From assembly GCA_003693705.1 (NCBI GenBank), contig RBZT01000267.1, positions 1-64,000 on the forward strand: 64,000 nt of DNA, read 5' to 3'. The notes below the pieces were generated by a model that worked only from the letters and a program-made list of their open reading frames with translations, was not told the origin of the DNA and ran no database searches. Origin of the DNA: Polymyxa betae A26-41. Its lineage: Eukaryota; Protista; Endomyxa: Phytomyxea. This document shows positions 62,515-64,000 of this stretch, one piece after another (the first letter of the stretch is position 1; the number at the start of each line of letters is the position of its first letter). The translations under genes and the position numbers were made by a program.

Positions 62515-62977
62515 AGAAACAGCGGTGGCACATGAAGACCAATCCCAGTACCGTAATAGTGTAACAGTACGTAGGCCGCCGATCTCACACTCGTTCCGTA
62601 ACGTCACATTTAACACTTCGTGCCATTACTGATTCCTCATTAAAGTCTCAGACACAACTTGGATCGAGTTCACGCTTTGGGTAACAGGCTGGTTTCAAGT
62701 GTCGGGCATTGACTTTTTGCGTTCCCCACGGGTTCTCCTTTCTCTCTCATTTCCGTCGTTTTTTTTGGTTTCTTCAACTGGGATTATAATATCGCCTTCT
62801 TGGAAAAGAAGGCCCGCGACCTTCTTTCCAGTATCTCCGTGGCCCAAGTCTCAAAGACACACCGCCCCCCCCCAAAAAAAAACCAAAAGTACGTAGACGC
62901 TGCCCCTGGGCTCATTACAAACAGCACTAACAGTACAGATTAAAGGAGCCACTTTTATAACGTTTTCCTATCTATCT

Positions 62978-64000
62978 TTAGTTCTCTTTGTATAAGCCGA
63001 ACCATTCGATAGCTTGCTGGACGGTTGTGACGACATGAACCAGGCCAAGTTCATTTGCAATTTCGATCGGGGCCTTGCCATTCGAATCTCGTGCATGCAC
63101 GTTGATACCGGCTGATATGAGGAAGTAGGCGACCTCGACGTGACCTTGGACGCACGCGATGTGCAGGGCGTTCTGCAGTGTTTCGGCGTCTTGGCAGTTG
63201 ATAGATACGCCAGCCTCGATCAAATCTGTTACGGTCTCGCAATCATCGTTTTGCACAGCCTGTATTTCATCAACACACTGAGCTTAAACTCGTGGTTGTC
63301 AGAGACCTCCACACCTGAAATAATGCTATTTCTAATGCTGCTTCAAGATCGATTGTATTGCTGATTGGTTCTACTGCTCCTTCATCGTCGGGTATTTCTT
63401 CCCAAACATCTAAACAGGGCAAGCTTCCGTAAACTTTGGTTTGTTTTCTTGCTAGGCATCGTACCGGAATCTCTAGGGTCACTTTTATACAGTGAAAACA
63501 CCTCTGCTACCTTCGAACGAAACTTCATTTAAAGGAGAAACTGAGATTTTAAATCAATAGCAGATTTGCTAGATCATTCCCGATCAGGAACAGATTTTTA
63601 TAACCGCTCTGTACTGCAAATTTGAACAGGGAGTTTCCATAGCACGTCATATAAGACTTCTGTAAACCCTCAAGAGACCTTATATGAAGGCATCAATTCA
63701 CAACAATATCGTTGGGGATTTAAAAAGAAAGCCCATGTCGGCCAAATATTCGATTGCGCAGGATCATCGCAAACGTGATAATATTGGCATGTCTGTCACG
63801 CTGTTAGAGTGGTTCGCAGTCCGCTGCTAAATATAGACTTCGAGCTTTTCCAAGTCAGAGAGTGTGTCTGTCATCGTTTCAGAATCAGTTCAAAATAGGC
63901 GTTTCGGGTCACGACGTGATTCTGGCCATGACTATGCAGCCCGATGTTTCCTACGAATCGGATGTGGACGATATTGATGGATTGAGCGCTCAAGAGATGT
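62978..64000 (-). CDS. Ankyrin-repeat protein (3' part; gene continues beyond the window)
   Basis: LIEAGVSINCQD..NALHIACVQGHVEVAYFLISAGINVHARDSNGKAP; further open exons upstream. Confidence 0.8.

Overview
Gene-dense eukaryotic nuclear DNA, not prokaryotic. About 35 protein-coding genes are separated by very short intergenic spaces and split by many ~45-55 nt GT-AG introns, so most entries in the ORF track are single exons or shadow ORFs. Chitin synthase, flagellar/transition-zone genes (NPHP1-like, CFAP119-like, FAM228-like), secreted wall-type proteins and moderate GC suggest a compact-genome zoosporic protist such as a plasmodiophorid (Phytomyxea); this is inference only. Recognisable housekeeping genes include GID8, MPP6, cystathionine gamma-lyase, mL41, SurE, RPS20, COQ6, NOT4, MTR3, CWF19L2, METTL16, SQT1/AAMP, mtIF3, BRAP2, ERO1, a GH3 glucosidase and a CUE-Smr nuclease. 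Signals the ORF track does not explain: (1) a complete RNase MRP RNA gene (28681-28935) with a plant-like USE+TATA Pol III promoter; (2) a ~0.9 kb imperfect palindrome (44631-45522) of four related units, the two outer ones carrying a donor-like AG|GT, an Sm-site-like motif and a hairpin; (3) an EF-hand/nephrocystin-1 fusion; (4) a FAAP100-like gene; (5) a catalytically dead chitin-deacetylase-like membrane mucin divergent from chitin synthase; (6) a candidate WASP-type WCA protein. Exon boundaries and some start codons were inferred by eye. All family assignments rest on remembered motifs, not database searches.
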